From Somniosus microcephalus (taxonomy: Eukaryota): DNA of 64,000 bases. Shown here piece by piece: positions 50,413 through 62,544 of this stretch. Where the stretch lies: assembly GCA_052327205.1 (NCBI GenBank), contig CM126213.1, positions 120,156,001 through 120,220,000 on the forward strand, written 5' to 3'. The notes beneath the pieces are model-generated. The model was not told the DNA's origin. It did no database searches and saw only the letters and a program-made list of their open reading frames with translations. Position numbers and translations under genes: made by a program. How positions within the stretch are numbered: the stretch's first letter is position 1; every line of letters begins with the position of its first letter.

Positions 50413-51129
50413 GGCCTAGAAATTCAGTGGGCTGCGCCACCAGTTAGCGCCCAAAGAGGGCACTCAGTGGCTTTAGCGCCACTGGCCACGCCTCCCGCGA
50501 TATTTAGCGGGGCGCTAATGGCGGCGTTAGCTTGTAGCGCTGCGCCGCCACCGATGACGTCATTGGTGTGCACAGCGCCCCGCTCCTGCCCCGATTGCGA
50601 TATTTGGTCGCGCCTGCCTCTGTAATGCCGGTCGCAAATCGCGACTGGTTCACAGGGCTTACCTGTGGCGGTAGTGGTGCAAATTAAGGTGGAGGTGCAG
50701 GGCGGCCATTTTTTCCGGTGGCCGCCTGCCAGCACCTCCTCGCGCCGCCCTCCCCGGCCTCCTGATCCACCCCCCGGGCAGTGCCGGCTGTGTCCCAAAA
50801 GCCCGGCACTTCTCCTCGGTGTCGGGCTCTTTTGCTGGCACTCGCGATCGGTGATCGCGCTGGTGCAGGCCCCTCCCCCTTAAGGGGAGGAAGGCCTGCA
50901 GTACAGCAGCGCGCCGTGCCACAGCATGTGGCGCTGTGGCACGTAGCGCGGCGATATTCAGTTTGAGCGCCCCAAGCGGGACGCGGGGAGCCTCGAGCAG
51001 CGCCCCGAGTCCCTCTTGGGGCGCTCCCACTGAATATCGGGAGGGCGCAAGCGGCTCTGGCCGGAGCGCAAATTCCGGCACCCAGGCGAGCTTGGCGCCC
51101 CAAACGCGGCGCTACCGAATTTCTAGGCC
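50413..51129. mobile_element. Harbinger-type MITE inserted in an old CR1 fragment
   Basis: TIRs GGCCTAGAAATTC / GAATTTCTAGGCC, CAA TSD; internal similarity to 42839-43544. Confidence 0.87.
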
Positions 51130-51654
51130 CAAATGTCTGATTGTTCCCCTTGGAGGACAGTTTGCCAGGAATATGTAATTTAAACCTGCCTGCTGAAGAG
51201 TAATCAAGATCTTTGCAATGTGTAATTTGATCCATCATTGTGACAGCCAGGCTCCAGAGTTCACAGTGCTAACACTACTGCTTCCACCCCGCCCCCTTTA
51301 CACCTGCATCATGTTCTCCCTCTCCTACTGCGCCCCACCCCCAAGACCGCAGCGGTTCAAGAAGGCTTCTCACTACCACCCTCTCGAGGGCAACTAGGGG
51401 TGGTCAATAAATAAATGAATTTTTAGAAACTAAGAGTGTATTCTGTGTTGGTGCTACAACATGTATAACATTACATTTGTGTGTTATTTGCCAAACTCGA
51501 CTATTCCAGTGTTCTCCTGGCCAGCTTCCCATCTTACACCCTCAATGAGCTGGAGTTCATCCAAAACTCTGCTGCATGTACCCTAATACGCAGCACGTCC
51601 CATTCAACCATCACCCCTGTGCTCGTTGACCTACATTGGCTCATGGCCCACCAA

Positions 51655-51813
51655 CTATGTTCCCACTAAGCTGCGCAGCTGTCTGGTGGTCCCATGCAAG
51701 CTGCTTACCGGCTTTTGAATGGGAAATTTACCGCATGCTCGAAATTTTGAATATTGGGCCACGCAGCAGGTTAAAGGGACCGTGCACCCAAACAAAAATT
51801 AGGGGGAACATTG
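51655..51813. mobile_element. hAT-type MITE
   Basis: TIRs CTATGTTCCC / GGGAACATTG; 8-bp TSD CCCACCAA / TCCACCAA (1 mismatch). Confidence 0.7.
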
Positions 51814-54075
51814 TCCACCAACACCTTGATAATCACAGCAAACTTTCTAATGCTCTGGCCAGACTGCATATTGAGTACTGTATCTGGCTTTGAATACCAA
51901 GAAATAAGAGACATTCAAGCTCTGGTAGCAGTCTAGAAAAGAGTTATCAGCCCTGATTTTTGCGGCCAGTGGCGAAGGAATGGTGCTCGCTGTTCACCTC
52001 AAAAAGCTGCCCACAAAGTTTTAGCGGGCTCTAGAGCGTAGACTTCCTCTTTTCCAGTTTCAATTTGATGCCTTCTACAGGGGATCCATGGCATCTGTCA
52101 ACCGGACAAGCAGCAGGGAGGCTAATCAACCAATCTGATTGAAGAATCCTCACAGATGGCAAAGCAGGAAGTAAAAAAAAAACAGGAAATATAAATGACC
52201 TTTAAATCATGGTACAGAAAGCAAAATAAAGATTGGGACATACACATGGGATTAAGGGCGAAACTTAAATAGAAGAACACAAACTTTAAAAAAAAATAAT
52301 TTAAATATTTTTTAGAAAATCTGCGACAATTAATTTTCTTAGGGAATGAAACTCCACACTTGTAAAATTAATTTTTCAGAGCCAGAGAGGTTGTTCAGTA
52401 ATTATGACTTACTACGCCGTTTAAAAACTTAGTTACTCCTGATTGAACAAGACTTAAGTTTTTCATCGGTCTTTAGTGCGATAATAGTGGGTAATTAGTT
52501 TAAGTTCACGCCTTAGCAGTGATTTCTGTGGTGATTCTATCGGCAAAGACTGCAACAGCGCAGCCTGTGGAGGAGCAGGATATCACTGACAGCAACTTCC
52601 AGATTTCCCTGTTTAACTGCGCATGTGTGGACACCAGAAGTTGCTGTCAGTTTTACCCAGTGATAACTGTGAGCATTGACAGCCTCGCCGTTATTACTAC
52701 AGCAAATTCTGGGCCATTAAGTTGGTCCCCAGTGTCAGGGGCCTAAGTTCTGAGGAAATACTGGAGAAACGTGGACTTTTCAGCCTAGAGTGGATGAGTG
52801 GCACGGACTCGATGGGCCGAATGGCCTCTTTTGGTGCCGTTATGACTCTGAGTCTGAAAAAGTGATCTTGTAGAGTTATATAAGATTGTTACTGGTGTAG
52901 AAAAATTAACCTGGAATATTCAGATTAAATTGCAGATGTAGAATTAGGGGACAGGTGCTCAAACTAGTAAAAGGAACTTTAGGACTGATAATTTGGAAAT
53001 TTTTCCTCATACAGTAATCAATGTGTGTAATAAACTTCAGATAGTCATGGAGACGAAAACCTTGGAATCAATTTTTTTTAATTGGATGTTAAGGGGGTGG
53101 AGTGGGGGATGCCGCCATTATAATCTCACTGGCTGGATAAACTAAGATGGACAAATGGTCTTCCTCATCAGGAATTATCTTGTGATCAGCACTTATTTTT
53201 ACATTTGAGTAGTTTGTAATAACTTTAAAACCAGGTCTTGCATTCACATGTGACAAGTTTGAGCGACTTTGTTAAATAAAAAACTTTGGGGGAAAGTACC
53301 ATTGCCACAAGAACTACAGCTGTTGAAGAAGAGCCCTGGCCATCTTCTCGGAGGATACGGGATGGGTATTAAATACAGTTGTGCCAGAATCACCTGCATC
53401 CTGAAAATAACATTTTTTAAAGCCAATTATTTAAGAAGAATTTTTTTTGACGTATTGCTTGGCTGCTTTAGCAGCTCAACTCAGCTGCTGTTGGACTCTC
53501 TGGGGGAGAAATTCGGTTGGTTGCGCCACCCATTAGCGCCTAAAGAGGCCGAGAAGTGGGGCGGTAACCAACTAGCGCCCGGGCGCAGCGAATCCTGCGC
53601 CTCTTCCCATATTGAGCGGACATTTTGCGCCGGTGCTAAATCTTAGTGCCCGCTTACGGGCGCAGGCAAATCATAACGTCATTTCAGTGTGCAGCGCCTT
53701 TTGAGCGCCCCGGACCGGAAATTCAGTGGCGCGCCCCTCCGTTCTGCCTGGCGCTAATAAGGACAGCTTGCCTGGAACGTTCCCCAGTCGCTGTCGGGCT
53801 GGGGGGGGCGTTCTTTAAAGGGGACTGCTGTGGTATAAAAGCGGCAGCCATTTTTAGAGCACAACTTCTTCGAGAGTTAGAGAGTTGCTGAGCTGCACAT
53901 TTCACCACTGAGCCAGCACTGGCAGAAGAACTTCAGCCTTCTGACCATCACCTTGCTGTTGGTGAGCATTTCAAACGGGGAGACTTTCTGTGCGCACTTA
54001 TTATGGGGGCTGCATTGGAGGGGAATGTCCTGTTGTTGAATCATCTGGAAAGGGCACAGGGAGAGAGGGGCAGGC

Positions 54076-55110
54076 ATGGCCAGACGGAGGAGGGCCAACA
54101 GACGTCGCCACACCAGACCTTACGCTGCCAGGGTTTTCCGACAGCAGTTTTCCTACATGAACATGTCGGAGGAGCAGTGTATCAGAAGGCTGCGCTTTAG
54201 AAAGGAGGTGGTGATTGAGCTGTGCCACCTGCTTCAGCCAGATCTGCAGCCTCAGATAAGGTGCAGGACATCTCTGTCGGTGGCTGCGAAGATGACTGTT
54301 GCCGTAAACTTCTACGCAACCGGCTCCTTTCAGGCCGCAGCTGGGGACATAGCCAACATCTCGCAGTTTGCGGTGCTTTGCTGCATCCGTCAAGTGACGG
54401 ATGCCCTGTTTAAAAGGAGGCAGCAGTACATCTCCTTCCCAATGACCCCGGACAAGCAGCGGGAGCGTGCAGAGGGCTTCGCAGCAATAGCGAACTTCCC
54501 CATGGTGCAGGGTGCCATTGACTGCACGCACGTGGCTTTGCGGGCGCCTGTATTGAATCCGGAGGAGTTCCGCAACCGCAAGGGGTTCCATTCCTTGAAT
54601 GTCCAGCTGGTCTGTGACCACCAACAGCTGATCCTCGCAGTGAATGCGCAGTTCCCAGGCAGCAGCCATGACGCCTTCGTCCTGCGCCAGACTTCTGTTG
54701 TAGACCTTTTCGAGGCCCCGGCTCACCCAGGAGGCTGGCTTCTTGGGGACAAGGGCTATCCTCTGTGCCCGTGGCTGATGACCCCGCTCCGTTCGCCCAG
54801 CACCCCTGCTGAAGAACGCTACAATGCGAGCCATCAGGCGACGAGGAACATTGTGGAGCACACAATCGGCGTGCTGAAGCAGCGTTCCCGCTGTCTGGAC
54901 CATTCCGGAGGAGCCCTGCAGTACTCGCATGAGCGAGTCTCCCACTTCGTGGTTGTATGTTGCATGCTGCATAACCTCGCTATCCTACGTACCCAGCCAA
55001 TGCCACCAGACATTGAAGCACCAGCGGAGGAGGAGGAGCAGGACCATGATGGGAGGGAGGCACAAACTGGAAGGGCCGTCCGTCAGAGGCTGATCAGAAG
55101 TCACTTCTAG
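54076..55110 (+). CDS. Harbinger transposase (HARBI1-like DDE nuclease), 344 aa, open
   Basis: FYATGSFQ, GAIDCTHV, NRKGFHSLNVQ, PGSSHD, LLGDKGY, RNIVEHTIGVLK, CCMLHN. Confidence 0.95.
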   Translation: MARRRRANRRRHTRPYAARVFRQQFSYMNMSEEQCIRRLRFRKEVVIELCHLLQPDLQPQIRCRTSLSVAAKMTVAVNFYATGSFQAAAGDIANISQFAVLCCIRQVTDALFKRRQQYISFPMTPDKQRERAEGFAAIANFPMVQGAIDCTHVALRAPVLNPEEFRNRKGFHSLNVQLVCDHQQLILAVNAQFPGSSHDAFVLRQTSVVDLFEAPAHPGGWLLGDKGYPLCPWLMTPLRSPSTPAEERYNASHQATRNIVEHTIGVLKQRSRCLDHSGGALQYSHERVSHFVVVCCMLHNLAILRTQPMPPDIEAPAEEEEQDHDGREAQTGRAVRQRLIRSHF

Positions 55111-55682
55111 GCTCCTCTCACGGAATGCATGCTGACATTCCAAGAAGAGGAATGGAACCGTTCCGATACCCCAAAGCCTGTGAAGGGCAAAATGCATGTA
55201 AATAGCAGACATGGCCATTGTAAATAAAGTTTTTTATTGTACAAAATGTGCTTCCTTCCAACAAGACAAAGCAATGGCAACAGAAAGCAAAACTAACACA
55301 CTGACACATAAGTGCCTCGCACACCCGGGAGACTGTCCAAAACATAACTAACATTCAGACCAGCATCCTCGGCCTTGATTTCTACAAATAAGACGTTTCA
55401 GCAGCACCTTCTACTCTTTTCCCCCTTGATGGTGATCTGCTTCTCTTGCGAGATTGGCCCATTCCCTCCCTGCAGCTCCTCCGTAATGGGACCCCAGTGG
55501 CTGCAGCAAGGCTGGGGGAGGCCTGCTGACTGTCCGAAAGCGCAGATGCCCCTGAGGGACGACCTCTGGGCCTGGAGGGCCCGGCTGCTGACTGCTCCAA
55601 CTGTGCATGGGTGGAAGCAGTCTGTCCTGCAGGTGGTGGCAGCTGCAGTGGAGACGTGCCAGCGGTGGCATCTGGAATGCTG

Positions 55683-57223
55683 TCATCCTGAGAGCGGACA
55701 GCTGCTCCCTGGTCGGCCGACACAGTGGCACTCTGATGGGACAGCATACGCAGCAATCGGATGGTCCACAGATTGCTGGCCTGCTGTGGTGCTGCAAGGG
55801 CCCCGGGTAATCCTGCCTGATCCAGCGAGGGTGGCAGCAGTCAGTGTTCGCGTGGCCTCAATCTGCGTCTGCATGAGACCAGCGAGTGACTGCGTGGCAG
55901 CACTCGGCAGTTGCGTGGCAGGTGCCAGTGCTTCGGCGAAGCCCTGGACGGTCCTTTCCCGTGCTGTCCCGAAGCCCTGGACAGTCCTTTCCAGTGCTGT
56001 CCCGAAGTCCTGCGCACTCCTTGCCTGTGCTGCGCTGAAGTCTTGGACACTCCTTGCCAGTGTCTCAATGGATTCAGGCATCCTTGCCACTGCAGCCATG
56101 AGCTCAGTGTGCCTCAGCCCAGCCTGGGCGCTAATTTCTGTGAGGGCACGCACCTCTCCTGCGCTCTGTGCAGCAGCACTCGTGGCCTGACTCGCCCTCC
56201 GGGGAGACGGCCCCCGAGCTTCCCTATCCCCCTTGCGTTGCTGCAGCCCGCTTGTTCCTGGAACTGGTTCCTCCTCAGAGCATTCCCCCCCGCTCCCCTC
56301 CAGGGAAGTCGTCTCCCCAGTCTGCAGAGGGGCTGGCTCGCCTGAGGGTGGTAGGGATGGTCCGGCTTCCTCCTGCTCGTCGCCTCCGGAATCAGTGGCA
56401 GTAGCAGCTTGAGGGCCCGGCTCTCGAGCTGGTGATGCAGCATCTGAAAACAGGGAGGTTGAAGAGTGGCTTTAGCGAAAGGACAGGGTGATTGCAAGGG
56501 ATGCATGAGTGCTGCAATGCACTGACTTGGGTCCAAAGTGAAAAAGCATGCTGGTGGGGGGAACAAGTGGAAGGAGAGAGCTCAAAAAGGTGATGACCTT
56601 ACCATCGTTGTGCACAATGGGGTCGGCAGCTCCGGAGGTGACCGGACCACTCATCCGGCTTCCAACAATCTGGTGGACTCGCTCCTCGAGGTCTGTGAGG
56701 GTCTGCAGGTGAGGCCGGCCTCCTCCGGTACGAAGCTGCTCTCTACAGTTCTTGGCCTGCAGGAGAAAGGACGGGAAGTGATGAAACATGCTGCCCTGAG
56801 CTGACATTACATGCCCCCCATGGTAGAATAGCCCTTACATTATGCACTGAGCTGAATGTGCATGTGTGTTTCCAGAAAGGGCCATGGGTGCTGGCTGGCA
56901 GATGGCCATTGGGACTTCGCGCACCCTCTGGCCATAAAGTCAGGTGCAGATGGAAGGATGAAGATGAATGTGAAAAAGGCACTCACCCTAACGACCTGAG
57001 TGAGGTCATTGAACTTCTTCCTGCATTGCACAGGAGTCCTGGGCACCACGCTGCTGGAGGTGACTCTTTGGGCAACATCCCTCCAAGCTCTGCGGTATTT
57101 GCTCTGATGAGGCCTCCTGCCATTCTCTGGGTACAGCACAGCTCGCCGGCGCTCCACTGCGCCAACCAGATCATCCAATGCCCCATCGCTAAAGCGCTCC
57201 GCTCTCTGCCTGACCCTCTCCAT
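55683..57223 (-). CDS. Harbinger Myb/SANT-like DNA-binding protein; predicted exons 57223-56987, 56756-56603, 56443-55683 (383 aa)
   Basis: RAERFSDGALDDLV..AWRDVA..RTPVQCRKKFNDL; donors GTGAGT and GTAAGG; acceptors ctcctgcag and gttttcag; frame joins ORF 55683-56153. Confidence 0.85.
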
Positions 57224-57672
57224 GTCTTGGAAGTTTTGAACACCACAGGTAGGTCACTGCCGATTTTGAGGCCTACAAGGCGTAGAGTGTGGCTGCTGAT
57301 GTTAATTGACCCGCCCCTTTAAGAGCTGGCCGGCGCCAGCGTGTCTCGGGGAAATCGATTATTGACAGCACCTGCGCTGCGCCCGGCCGCCGAGAAATTG
57401 AGTAGCGCCGCCGGGTTAGCACCTTAAGAGTACCATGCAGCGCCTGATTTAGCGCCGTAATCACCTTCAGGGGCGCTGCAACCCAATATCGCTCGAGGCG
57501 GCGATAAATTGCGCCTGGCGCTAAACTTTGCGTACCGCCAATACTAGCGCCCCAAACGGGGCGATACCGAATTTCTCCCCCTCTATATTTAGTGGGCCTG
57601 TGTAATATGCAACATGATGTAACTTATTTCTCTATGGATAGTAACCTGTATTTGTATCTTCTTTCTGCTCAG

Positions 57673-57789
57673 GAAACCCTTATGACAATAAATGCTGCTT
57701 TCACCAGTGAGTATGAATGCCGCAGAAGAATGTTGATCAAACGTTTAGATGTGACTATCCAGTCATTCGGGTGGTCTGACAAAGCCAAG
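57673..57789 (+). CDS. FAM98B: FAM98B coding exon 6 (ETLMTINAAFTSEYECRRRMLIKRLDVTIQSFGWSDKAK); gene continues beyond the window
   Basis: ctcag acceptor, gtaaat donor; FAM98 signature EYECRRRML.KRLDVT.QSF.WSD.AK. Confidence 0.95.
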
Positions 57790-59649
57790 GTAAATGTCGA
57801 CGTCTATGACCACATTCTAACTTTAAAAATTGAGAACCCTGTTTGTTTTTTACTGAGGGAATGCACTGTGGAGTGAATAAATGTACTAACTAAATGTTAA
57901 CAAGTTGGGTGTTTTAAAATAAATCCAAGAATGCTTAACATTTTGTCATTTCACGTCAGCATGAGCGTGGTTATGGACATTTAAGTGCTTTCTCGGTAAG
58001 TTAGAAAGGTATGAAGGGTGTTGCTTACTTAAAAACTAATTTTAAGTTGAGCTCCCTGCTGTACTTAATTCCCAATATCTGTCTAAAGTGTCGGGCAGAA
58101 GCCAGGACTCCTCCTTTTGAGTGGGGTGGGGGAAAGAGAGGTGGGAAATCTGGAGGAAGGAGTTGCTGTCTGGCTACATTCTCGCCACTCCTAGTGACTG
58201 GCTCATAGCAGCCCTGGTAAAGGCGTACGTGCAGGTCACTTGTATGTTGTCTGGAAAAGGTAGGAAAACGGAGGGTGAAATATGCATTGGGATAAAAATC
58301 AACTATGACATGTTTCTTTGGTGCAACACTGCTATTAGTTTTCAGATTATTTAGATAACCAATGAAATACATTTCTAAAAGCAGCCCTCGTTTAAAAACA
58401 AAAATACAATCTTTTGTGCCAACTCGATGGCGGCCTCTTTCTGTGCTGTACTATTCAATGATTCTATGAATTAAATATATATATTCAAATTGGAAAATTA
58501 AGTATTCAAAGGGTTTAAATAACAGCTGTTTTGTACAAAAATTGCCTTCCGATATGAGAAGATATATGAAATGTTTGTCTTTTTTTTACGTAATGAAAGA
58601 TAGTTGGACTTCGTAACAGCGTAATTACTGCAGAAGAGCCGAAGTTTTCATCCGTTTCCCTGATTTGAGAGATTTCACTGATTGCTAGCTATGTGTGGGG
58701 GGGGGCGGGGGTGCACAGCGCAACCAGTGTCGGAGCAGTGAATGGCAGACCGCAACTTCAGGGTGAGCCTGCGCCAAATCCTGAAGTTGCGTCAGTTTCA
58801 AAGGCAGAATGACGGCGAACGCTGCCAGTTCGCTGTCATCCAGACCACAAATTCCAGGCCATTATTTGCAATGTGCCGCTTGAGATTAAAAGATCAGTGC
58901 TCCACACACTGCCATTTTAGCTGGTGTTGAGTGGAGTTTTTAGTATAACACCCAATTGGTAATTTCCTCCAAAGCATCGGGGCGTGTTTGGCAGCATAGA
59001 TCCTTTAAATTCATGGAGAATATGTCAGATTTTCTTTAATTACCTTTAACCAAGAGAACACATCATTAACAACCTTTTAACTAAAACAATTGTTTCACCT
59101 ATCATAGCCCTAATTTCCATGCACTGCTAATATTTGCAGATTACACTAACATACTTAAAACAAGTGCAGGTAAGACAATTGCCACTGCATAGTTTAAGCA
59201 TCAAAGCTAAATAGCTATGACCAGTGTCATTTCAATTATAATTTCAATTATTAGTCTGTTAACAGGAGTAAAACATAATTTGCCTTAAGCTACGTGTTTT
59301 GTCAGTGCCAAGGTAAAGCTTCTCCCTGCATTGTGGTCAAGTGGTCTGCTGATTCCTCAGAAGGTGAGACCACGAATAGTGGGAGTAATGAATAATAGAG
59401 GCTTCACTGTAGGTGAAGGAGAGGCTTGTGCAACATTGTACCTGATCATTACTTTTCATTTCATTTTAAATTGAGTGAGTTCGTATGCACAAAATTCTTA
59501 ATGTTACAACCATAAATCTAATTAAGTAATTTTGTTTGCTTTCAACCTTCTCTGGCTATCTTGTAAAATAGTTAAATCGTATTGTAGTATTTAAAGGGTA
59601 GGGTAACGGGTTGGTGTTGATCTAGACAAAACTTGTCAAAGATCAATAC

Positions 59650-60120
59650 TCAACAACAACTTGAATTTATATAGTGCCTTTAATGTAGAAAAACATGCCA
59701 AGGAGCTTCACAGGAGTGTAATCAGACAAAAATTGACACTGTGCCAAAGAAGATGATATTGGAATGGGTGACCAAAAACTTGGTTAATGAGGTAGGTTTA
59801 AGGAAGGCCTTAAAGGAGGAGAGAGATATAGATGGAGAAGTTTACAGGGAGAATTCCACAGCTTGGGGTCTGTATGGCTGAAGGCAGCTGCCAATGGTGC
59901 GTTGAAGGGAGTGGGGGGAGGGGATGGTGATGTAAAAGAAGCAGAGTTAGTGGACTGCAGAGATCTTGGAGGGTTGTAGGGCTCGAGGAAGGTTACAGAG
60001 ACAGGGAGTGGTGAAGCCATGAGGTGATTTGAACACGGTTGAGCATTTTAAAATCGAGATATTGCTGGTCCGGGTGGCAATGTAGTTCAGTGAGCACAGG
60101 GGTGATGGGTGAGCCGGACT
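59650..60120 (-). mobile_element. L2-like LINE 3' fragment
   Basis: AFSHTDPKLWNSP motif and tail shared with the SINE copies. Confidence 0.65.
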
Positions 60121-60899
60121 CCAGAAGAAATCTTATTAGATAATTCAAAGCTGCTTTTATACTGAGACCCCCATTTTAGTGCTGCTGGCTCCCAATGTGC
60201 AGGTGTTCAGCAGGAGCTGGTAAGCCCAAAGTAAACTTGCTGAATTTGCTAAATTGTCTTCAGGAAAGACCTGCATTTTGCTCACTACCCGCTTAATGGA
60301 TCTGCTAAATTTACTTAGTGCTTGCTGCGTGAGACTAGTGCACCAGGAGCCAATGGTACTTGTAACAATCCAAAAACAACCACCGTATTATTTCTGCTAA
60401 TTAACATCTAATATTGAAAAAGATGTGTGTTAAGAAAAATGTACATGTCATTGGTGTGGTTGAGAGCTATCTAATCCTTGAATGTTGTTAGTTCGTTCTA
60501 AATAAAATTGCTGATGCAGTAAAAAAAATAATTTAGTTTTAACTTTATTAGGTAATTGGAAGTGACGAGCACATAATGTAGGCTGACACTTCAGTCTCTA
60601 TTCTCTCCCCTCCCCCCTCCCTGCACCCCCTTTGAATTCACCCAGTCCAACTTCCACCTCTGCACCCTCCAGTCTGAGAACCATAGACTTGAGCACATTT
60701 GACTCAGTTCTCTTATCATTCACTGCCAGATCTTGCTGGACCACTCCTTGAGAGTTACTGCATCTCCCTTTCCTACTACACCCATGATTATCCTTGAGAG
60801 CGAGAACAGTCTTGCAGTGCTTTTAGCAACAAACTGACCTTTCCGCTCCCCTTTTGGTACTTCATCCATCCTCATCTCTAACGACGAAAAAGACAGAAA

Positions 60900-61245
60900 G
60901 ATGTGCATTTATACAGCACCTTTCCCGACCTCCAGACGTCCCACAGTGCTTTACAGCCAATTAAGTACTTTTGAAATGTAGTCCCTGTTGTAATATAGTA
61001 AACGCAGCAGCCAATTTGTGCACAGCAAGGTCCCACAAACAGCAGTGAGATAAATGACCAGATCATCTGTTTTAGTGACGTTGGTTGAGGGATAAATATT
61101 GACCAGGACACCAGGGCAAACACCCCTCTTCGAAATAGTGCCCTGGGATCTTTTAGGTCCACCTGAGAGGACAGACGGGTCCTCGGTTTAACGTCTCACC
61201 TGAAAGACGCTGCCTCCGACAGTGCAGCGCTCCTTCAGTACTGTA
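60900..61245 (-). mobile_element. Deu-domain SINE (SacSINE1/AmnSINE-like); partial copies at ~23450-23610, ~25470-25530, ~40260-40450
   Basis: Minus-strand GCTGCACTGTCGGAGG..TTAAACCGAGG..CTCAGGTGGAC..AAAGATCCC core, recalled as the Deu domain; repeated in the window. Confidence 0.7.
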
Positions 61246-61929
61246 TGAGTAACAGAAGCTGATAGCTTTTTTTGGCTTGAAGGTTGAGATCATGTGTCTG
61301 GCCCTACCTCCCCCAATCCCAGTCTCATAACACTATGTAACTTCCCTTGCTCCCACCTGCTCATAGGGCTCATCTCCTCCCTGAGACCAATTTCCTGTGT
61401 CGATCTAACTCCTGACCACACAACTGCCTTTTCCTTGACCTAATGCATGCTGATGTTTTCAACAGCTCCCTTTCATCAGTTATTGTTTTCATGGCTTTCA
61501 AAACTTGGAATCACCCCCCTCCTCAAAAAGCCAATCTACAATCTCTCCAATTACCACCACATTTCTAAACTCCCTTCCCCCTCCAAGTCTGCAAATGTGT
61601 AGTTGTTGCCGAAATCTGGAATCGGCTTTCCTATGCTTCTCTGTTCAAATCCTTTCAGTTCATTTTTTGCCCATTCTAGCCATCTGCCCAGCTGCTCATA
61701 TAAGCTGAGCCCAGTGGTGCACAATTTCGGTCTCCTGCTTGACCCTGAGTTGAGCTTCAAACTCCCTATCCTATCCATCATCCAAACCACCTATGTCTAC
61801 TAATGCAACATTGCCTACCTCTGTCCTTATCCCCACTACTGCTGAAAGTCTCATCCACACCTCTTGTCATCTGCAACCTACAGAAGCTACAACTTATCCA
61901 AAACTGCCCACATTCTATTCATACTAGTA

Positions 61930-62076
61930 CATACGTTAGGGGGATTAAATACGTGGGGTTACGGGGATAGGGTGGGATATGTGTTGGTGTAGGGGTTACA
62001 GGGATTGGGTGGGATATGGGCCGATGGGCCGAAATGGCCTCTATCTGCACTGTGGGGTTTCTGTGATTTCTGTGAT
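61930..62076 (+). mobile_element. HE1-like SINE 3' fragment
   Basis: AAATACGTGGGGTTACGGGGATAGGG..GATGGGCCGAAATGGCCT..CTGCACTGT tail. Confidence 0.55.
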
Positions 62077-62544
62077 ACTGCCCTGTCACCTTGACCACGC
62101 CAACATTTACTGGCTCATTTCTACACACATTAAATTCAAAATCTTTGCTGTCATTTAAAATCCCTCCATTGCCTTGCCTCCCCACACTCCTGTAAATTTC
62201 TCCAGCCCTACATGCCAACCCATGCTCGCTGAACTTCCAACATTCTCAAAACTTACTTGTTTGACTGTTTTGGTCTCCTTTATCCCTGGCTTAAATCTTC
62301 TGCAATTCAACAATTTTTGCTAATTCAACAGTTGTTTTTGCTTCTGTGTAGCACCTTGGAATGTTTGAAAGCACTATATAAATTCAAGCTGTTAAATGTC
62401 ATGATTGGCTGGCTATTCCTATTCTAATAACCCCTTGCATGAAAAATGCCTTCCTCCTTTATGCTTTTAGTACTAATCCTTGGTTTGTTCTCCTTTGCCA
62501 CTACTTCTCCTCTCCAACCTTTCATAATTTTGAACACAAATTTC

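Larger units (their letters stand above)
53502..57581. mobile_element. Full-length PIF/Harbinger DNA transposon in FAM98B intron 5
   Basis: 16-bp perfect TIRs GGGGGAGAAATTCGGT / ACCGAATTTCTCCCCC, TCT TSD, convergent transposase and Myb/SANT genes. Confidence 0.95.

Noticed and set aside
54076-55110. Domesticated host gene HARBI1
   Set aside because: Enclosed by TIRs and a TSD with a Myb partner gene, so it is a transposon copy
54001-56190. Long antisense ORFs (54001-54972 minus, 55375-56190 plus)
   Set aside because: Shadow frames of GC-rich transposon genes with no recognisable motifs
24949-57789. FAM98A or FAM98C identity
   Set aside because: MEGDVLD, KEM.CPYS and RLKKKEDCLKLL fit FAM98B as I recall it; a phylogeny or synteny check would confirm
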